Shown here in pieces: positions 57,014 through 64,000 of a stretch of DNA of 64,000 nt. The DNA is taken from the NCBI GenBank assembly GCA_053919585.1, contig CM132800.1. One strand, given 5' to 3'. Position 1 is the first letter of the stretch; every line of letters starts with the position of its first letter. The notes under the pieces are model-generated. The model worked only from the letters and a program-made list of their open reading frames with translations, was not told where the DNA came from and made no database searches. This DNA comes from Euprymna scolopes (taxonomy: Eukaryota). Made by a program: the position numbers and the translations under genes.

Positions 57014-59425
57014 TATTTTGAACTCTATCAAGACAGGACAAGTATTGTCTAGCAGCTCCTGTCCAGATGTGGCAACAGTACTCCATCCTTGGATGTACCT
57101 GGATCTTATATAGATAAAGACTTTCATCAGCAGTGAGATATCTACTGGATCGATTGAAGGATCCCACCATTTTTCCAGCGACCTTGGCAACAGATTTGAT
57201 GTACGTGTTCTATTTTAGATAAAGATTAAAAAGTTCAAGGGCAGAATCTTGTCAAAACATGAGGCATCCCCAAGACGAGATCCAATCATTTTAATTGATG
57301 CCAGATGGGGATAAGAGAGTTGATGATGTAAAGATAAAAGCTTGGTATTAGATGCATTAAAATAACCAGCCACTCCTCCCTCCATTGTGACACGTGCTCA
57401 AGGTCAGAGGAGAGAGAATCGGAGAGAACTTGGTCGTTTACGGTCTTAGATGTGCAACGATAGATAGTAGTGTCATCAGTATAAATGTCTGCGAATGATG
57501 TAAGCATGTGGTTTGAAAGTTCATTAATGTAGATCAGGAAGAGAGTTGGGCCCAGGTTGAACCCTTGAGGGACCCCAGCATTAATGCTGTGAGCTTCTGA
57601 TTTTTGCCCATCAACTACTACTTTTATGAATCTATCAGAGAGAAATGATTCAATAATTGAGAAGACATTTACAGCTATACCATAGCTGAAGATTTTTTGA
57701 AATAAACCTTTATGCTATACCCTATCCAACGCCTTCGATATGTAAAGAGCAATTACCCTAGAAAGGTAGCCTCCGTCGAGAGATTCAAAAATCCTATGAT
57801 AACTGTAAGCACATCTGCTATAAATTTAGCAGAATCGAAACTATATTTTGTATCACTAAGAAGGTTGTTTCTGTTGAGATGGTTAACTACTTCTCTATTT
57901 AACACAGATTCCAGCAACTTACTCATGACGCACGGGAGACCTATTGGCCTGTATTCAGAGGGAGATCAGCGATCATCTGAATTCTTAAATACAGGGCATA
58001 CTGATGAGATTTTCCAGGGTGATGGGAAGCAATTCTCCTTAAGACAACGTTTAAACAGCTTTGTAAGTATGGGCGCTAGTTCTGGTTGAAGTTTTTTGAG
58101 TACTATAATTGGAATACTGTTAGGGCCGGTTGCTTTACTAAAATTAAGGTTTTTGATTAGCTTGGCAACATCACGTACAGATATTTGTATAGCACATATC
58201 GTGCTTTCTGATACAGGAGGAAATATTGGCGGTTGGCGACCTTGGTCGCAAAGTGTAGAATTAGCTGCAAAGTTCTTGGCAAAGAGTTTGGCTTTGTTTG
58301 ATGCTGACGAGATTACCTAAGGTCCATTTATGATTGTTGGGATAGAGCACACGCTTCTGTTCAGGATCTTATTTGCTATTAGCCAAAACTGGTAGGAACC
58401 AAGCCGCTGCTCGGCTACTTTGGACTTGACGGACTGAGCATACAACTGTCTTGCTTTCTTTATTACTTTCTTAAAATGGATGCTGACAGTCCTATATATA
58501 GAGAGATAGATTGAAAAGAGGGAGAAAACGAGAGGGCGATACAGATTATTTACAAATCACCGTAAATAATAACTTTTTAAAAATAATGAATTTTATTTAT
58601 GGTCAAAATGATTAAGAAAAATGGCTCTTCTTCTTTAAAATTAATTGCCTCTGCAAACTAAATATTGTTTAAATAGAGATGATGGATATGTCTTTTCTTT
58701 ATTTAGAATTATGAAACTGGAATTCTTTATAAAATAATAGACTCTTATTGTAAAATAATGACAAACAAAATATTTTTGAAATCAATACAATGAATATCAC
58801 TCTTTTTCAATATATTTATTTGCAATTTAAGTATTATAGTCGATATGCGACTTAATTTGTACTTTTCAGAAGTATTAAAAGTGTTTTTCGTTCAGAATAA
58901 TCCGCAATCACTTTGTTAATTGGATTATCTTGTTTTGAATGCTTGTGAAATTGTGATAACGTACAGAAAATATGTTTTTGTATTATATGGTTTCATCGGA
59001 CTACTATTCTTATCTTGAATGTGATTTTCAAACCGTTTCCATCGATGTAACCTCCGCCCGTCGAACTCGGGAATGTTTCTGTCGAACTTGGTCATTTTAA
59101 CGGATTTCTAGCGAAACCCTTTATTTACTTTACAGGGGTAACGTGCACTTGTTCCGTCAGCCATAACTGGACAGACGCCCTAAGTAATTTGCAATTTTTT
59201 TCGGTCGCTCACACTGAGGACTGAACGTTCAACCTTCAGGAGAATAGCATGTTTTTACAATTTACTTTTCCAATTACTCTAACTAACTGCGGCACAGGTC
59301 CTTGCAGAACATTCTTGTAGGAATTTTAGGAGTCTTAACCTTATTTAATTTCACGTTATAAATATCACTATTCATTACTAATTAATACTATATATATTGA
59401 TATTTTAACTCATGACTTGCATATA

Positions 59426-61080
59426 TTATTTATTGTTTATAATTACGGGATCCCATATCGTATTAAATTCTATACTAGGTCTACTTAGTAATTGGTTATT
59501 TCCCAGCATATGTGCTGCTTCCTTCAGTCTTCTTTCTCTTTACCGTTCATCTCTGTCTATAATTTTACTCCATCCCACAATGGTAGATCGTATCCCTTTT
59601 CCTTCCAGATATGGTCAGCTGTATCTGATTTTTTTTAATCTCTCCACGTACTACAGCTTTTCGATGTTCTTCTAACCGTACTTTTAGTGGACGGCACGTC
59701 TAACCTTTGTATAGTTTCCCACATTAACATGGGATTTAATCCCACAACATGGGAGTCAATCCCCCAACAGAACAAATCATGACTAAACCTGTGTATATAC
59801 ACAGGTTTAGTCATGATTTGTTCTGTTGGGGGATTGACTCTCATAAGCTATTTCGGAGAGTTGAATTACTCCTGGATACTGTCCAGATATCATATGGATT
59901 AAATATTCGTTCAAGTTTTTAAGACAAGCCTTTCATATATGTTATACAAACTGTGGTGAGTTTCTGCGTGGTGTCTTTTTGTGTCTGGTCCAGATTTCTT
60001 GGTGCTGATGTTATGCTCTCTGAATAGTTGTTTCGATGGAGGGTTTCTCTTATATTGTCCATCTCCTCTTGATATGCACTGCTGTACATATTGTTTTTGC
60101 TCGATGTTGTAGGCAACGGACGATTCTTTTTTTATATTATATGGATGATAGGAACTGAAGTTTATGAACTGTCCAGTGAAAGTTGGCTTTCAGTATACAG
60201 GTGAAATAAACCTCTGACCAGTGTGGGTTATCAACACATCTAGGATCGATAAGTTGTTGTTATGTTCTTGTTCCATCGTGAACTGTATAATCGGACGGAT
60301 CGAGTTCACATGGTCTAATAATGTTTGAACCTATTCCTGATGAGGCCAGAGTATGAATGTGGCATCTATATATCATAACCACATTGTTGGCTTTAGTGGT
60401 GTTGATCCTAATGCCATTTCCTCAAAGTATTCCATGTATGCATTGGGTACAGTTGTGATCACATCGCCAAACCTTCTTCCTGTCGATATATATCAGATCC
60501 CATCACGAAGTATGTAGTTTCTACACCGAAGGTCAACATTTCCATTATATTGTCAATTGGGATGCAAGCGTGTTTCTTCGGTGAGGCATCAGAAGTCAGC
60601 TTCTCCCGTACCACTGTACAAAATCTCATCAGTGGGTACTTTCTTGGACAGGCTCATTACATCTAAACCTCACCATCTGGTTGGAATGAATGGGGGCATT
60701 GTTTATTATTTCCTCGAAGTGAGGTGAATTTTTGACGTTTGGTAGAGATTTGCCGATAATTGGGTGATTATATATACCAGGAATCAGCTCAATAGATGGC
60801 ATGCTGAACCTCGGGCACTGAAAATGGGCCTGAATAGGATACCATTTGTGTCGATCTTAGGGAGACCGTATAGGTGTGGTAGCTTACTGTAATTCTGTAC
60901 TAACTGCCTTTATTCTTGAGACAGCTTCTTTTCCGTTTCAAGGTCGGATTCTTTTTCACTTTACAGTAGCCACCATATTCTATTAAATCTGCCAATTTCT
61001 TAGAATATTCTGTTCTATACATTAACACTGTAGCATTGTTTTTGTCTGCTGGTAGTATTACTGGCTTCTTATCAACATAA
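59426..61080 (-). mobile_element. Decayed Penelope-like element: RT plus C-terminal GIY-YIG endonuclease
   Basis: Minus strand RT: ILPADKNNATV, LPHLYGLPKID, AYMEYFEE, WL*YIDATFILW, IQFTMEQEHNNNLSILDV, VY*KPTFTGQFINFSSYHP. Then endonuclease: IPC*CGKLYKG*TCRPLKVRLEEHRK..ADHIW..RRLKEAAHM. Many stops and frameshifts. Confidence 0.92.
59749..59844. repeat. 96-bp spacerless palindrome (88-bp perfect core 59753-59840)
   Basis: Centre GTGTAT|ATACAC at 59796/59797; the arms pair except 59752/59841. Confidence 0.95.
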
Positions 61081-61384
61081 TATGTCTTAACGTAATATTA
61101 TGCAGATATATATTTATGGTAATCAAAAAAGGACGACTACAACAACAACAACAATAACAATAATAGTAAAAGTAACAATAATAATTAACAAGAAAGAAAG
61201 GAACTGCCTAACTGCAGCTTTTTTTAATCCAGCAGAACACATACTATAAATCAAACGACGGAAAAATAAAACAAATACGCGAAACTTTCCAGAGAAAAAA
61301 AAGGAATATAAAATATGAAAAACACAATACAATACTCCTCATAAGCATATGTGCATGAGTGCTAGGAACATTTTAAAACAACTT

Positions 61385-61988
61385 CGGAAAAAGACCAGAA
61401 AAAATTGGTATCAAGGGGGAAGACAGACGATAAAACAGACGGAAATGATGGAAACAGCTAAAATCCTAAGGAAAACTGTAGAATCCGGAAACTAACCCAC
61501 GTGAGCTACAAACGCTAACCAGCCATATAAAAAGTGCAGCATAAGTGGAGCAAAATGATAGAAAAATGTTACATTGAATCAAAAAAATCGAAACCGCAAA
61601 GTTTTAAGTTAACTATGCTCCCCCCTCCTCTCCAAAAAATTAGTGTCGGCATAGACTGGATCCACACCAAACAGTCGCGAAAGCTTAAGAAAGATAGTTA
61701 AAACCTAAGTGTGAAAAATTAATAAAACTTCTACTGGATAAATGGCAGAGACTTTGAGGGGACTTGTTGCCACCAAATATCAGTGAAGACCAATGGCCGT
61801 TACTAGCGAAATGTGAATAGCATTCCCATGAACAAACATAATTTACAACTGTTATTGAAAAGAGGTGGAACGTACGGTGAATCTCGGGGGAGACTTATTC
61901 TCACCTAGACTCGAGGGAAAAACATCGACTGCTGTCAGTGAGTACCGTTTATGATAACGATTTGTGTGAGAATTCCTAATGAGTACAA

Positions 61989-62022
<34 letters not shown>

Positions 62023-62060
62023 TAATAATAACAATAATAACAATAATAATAATAATAATA
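61385..62060 (+). mobile_element. Cluster of short R4/Dong-like 3' remnants ending in (AAT)n
   Basis: EKIGIKG / TIKQTEMMETAKILRKTVES near 61395-61490 resembles the R4-type terminal TA.ILR.VL motif. GG(A/G)GACTT 3' UTR motifs occur near 61758 and 61888, and a (TAA)n tail at 61990-62060. Confidence 0.45.
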
Positions 62061-62088
62061 GACTCAGATTTTAAGATAGTTTTTAATT

Positions 62089-62098
<10 letters not shown>

Positions 62099-62153
<55 letters not shown>
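62099..62153. repeat. (TG)n microsatellite
   Basis: Directly visible. Confidence 0.97.
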
Positions 62154-62155
<2 letters not shown>

Positions 62156-63763
62156 GCAGGCCGTCTGCCGTAATCGAGTCGTAAAATACGTTTCAATATG
62201 ATATTTTAATTTATGTAGATTTCGTATTTATTTTTATCGAGCCAATACTCAATTGATTATTATATTGTACTTAATGTATATAGTAATGATTTAAAATTTT
62301 TACAAAAAAAATTCTTTATTGCCATCAGCTGAAATCGAGACTAAAGTATTTAGCGCTTTATTCAACTTGCTCTTCCAAGGTCAACTGTTTCATTTCCAAT
62401 TTTGGTCCCTTTGCAGCAGTTTTTGCTGGCTATAAACCGAATTAAATGTGTGCTCTAAACTGAATCGAGAGTGTGCTTACCAATATATCAATTTTCAGCG
62501 CTATAGACTAAATACTTAGAGAGGACTTTGGTAGAGATTTTCCGCACACACCGACAATATATATATATATATATAAAATATCTCCGTGTGCTATAAAGTG
62601 TTCATCTTAAATTCTACACAATTATGCAGAATGTAGAAACTATGCATAATAGAATTCGACGTAATAGTCAAATGAAATTAGTTATCTAATACAAAATTAT
62701 AAAAATGAGTAAGTTAATTAATTAACGATCGTTTTTCAAATGAATTTGCAAATAAGTTAATCTCCATGGAATCACTCGCAAATGTTGTATCTTTTGCCCA
62801 AATGATGTCTCCTCCGTATCGCTAACCCACACTGGCTTTTACAAAGAATGTACCTATTTCTCCAAATGATGTTACCTTAAGTAAGCGCATGAAGCGAGAT
62901 ACTCCACCAGACTAGATTAATTCTTGTCCTCGACTCCATTAAGACAAAGAGATCAAAGAGAAAGATATTCTATAACATTTTCAAATGGTAGATTAAAGAG
63001 AGGAAACTAATTTTTGACAACTTCTTTACTTACCCAGTATTTGAGAGATAAAATAGAACTTTACTGGAATATTCGAATATATAAGTATCTCTTATAGGGG
63101 CCTAGTGTTGGCTCCAGGAGAATAACCCTCCCCCCTGGATTTCTGAGAACTCCGACTGAAGTAAAATAAAACAAAAGGTAAAATTATTTTTTTAAATTTA
63201 TTTATCAACAAACGAGTTCGAACTTCCAACTCTTTTGTAATCCAATAGATGGTGATCTGATCAGCTGCGCGATTAGAGCGTATAATACCGTTTTAATACA
63301 AACTTTACAGCAAATTACATCTACAGTGTTTAGCCAACCATGGGAGGAGCTATAAAAGTATTGCTACACCCATACACTTATATTGTACCAATCAAAGTAC
63401 CCTCCCTTTATTTAAGAGACCTATAATAATTAAATATCATTTTACTCTATAGACAATTTTTCTTTGGAATATTCATCTGTATAGATTAGATAACTGCTCT
63501 ATCTACGGATGGGTTCGAACTTAATTAGTGAGAGAGTATAATGTCCACAACTTATTTTAGTTTATTTCGTTGTGACATAGCTAATCAGTAATATTGAAAA
63601 TAATTGTATTTGCCGATTTTTCCTTTCAAAAAAAAAACCAAAAAAAAAATTCGTCCTTGCAACAGTTGCTTTCTGGTGGTGGTTAAACAAAATGCTTGTT
63701 GACTTCATTTCCTTTCTTTCTCCCCTTCTTCTACTTCTCAAAACGTTTTCATCCATCCCCCCA

Positions 63764-63856
63764 TCACATGACCTGTAAACATGTGACTCGGGTTTGGTAT
63801 AAAAGCTCAGTCAATCTTCATGGCATCTCTCTTTCAGATCCCACCTGAAGGTAAGT
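63764..63856 (+). promoter_or_regulatory. Candidate Pol II core promoter and short first exon
   Basis: TATAAAAG at 63798-63805, a pyrimidine-rich Inr-like TTTCAGA about 34 bp downstream, and a consensus donor AAG|GTAAGT at 63850/63851. Upstream, inverted E-boxes TCACATG...CATGTGA flank a forkhead-like GTAAACA. Confidence 0.4.
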
Positions 63857-64000
63857 TCGTTATTTTTGTTTATTTCACGTACAGCCACACAAGCTACAAA
63901 CACGTGGACGCTTGTTTCTTTGATGACTATCACAAGTAACACTCGTCATGGCAAGCGCATTGACTTGATATTCAAAAAATTACGCTGGATCACTAGTTTT

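Larger units (their letters stand above)
55290..58490 (-). mobile_element. 5'-truncated, decayed CR1-group-like LINE (RT and C-terminus), interrupted by a mariner
   Basis: Minus strand: SASNKAKLFAKNF, WKISSVCPVFK..SEYRPIGLPCVMSKLLESVLN, AGVPQGFNLGPTLFLIYINEL, DIYTDDTTIY, LDRVQNR, SLLYRYFHDKCSTEF, DYNLIVFKSNVNKFL. Multiple stops and frameshifts; exact clade unresolved. Confidence 0.88.

Noticed and set aside
57712-58320. Plus-strand ORFs of 125 aa and 74 aa
   Set aside because: Antisense shadows of the minus-strand LINE RT.
59020-59260. Expected pLTR hammerhead downstream of the Penelope ORF
   Set aside because: Only fragments (CTGAGGA on plus, CTGAAGG and GGAAAC on minus); no complete core with three stems.

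Overview
AT-rich, repeat-saturated eukaryotic (most likely invertebrate animal) DNA with no intact host protein-coding gene visible. Bases 1-38775 are one array of a 28-bp satellite (consensus ATAATTTCAGTGATATAAGCATATTAAT) with nested kb-scale duplications. The remaining 25 kb holds microsatellites and decayed transposons: RTE, R4/Dong-like and CR1-group-like LINEs, a full-length mariner nested in a LINE, a Penelope-like element (RT + GIY-YIG), a probable Helitron and a 134-N gap. The most interesting signal is a set of hammerhead ribozyme (HHR) motifs. A 347-bp tandem repeat (41542-42719, minus strand) sits inside a (TA)n tract; each full unit has a tRNA-like Pol III A/B-box module directly followed by a type I HHR with a palindromic stem III, and the ribozyme strand has no T4 terminator. 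This looks like a Pol III-driven retrozyme / SINE-ribozyme hybrid. Three more, sequence-unrelated HHRs lie at 52.3-54.2 kb in (TA)n-associated Penelope-like remnants. All calls are by eye; no database searches or folding programs were run.
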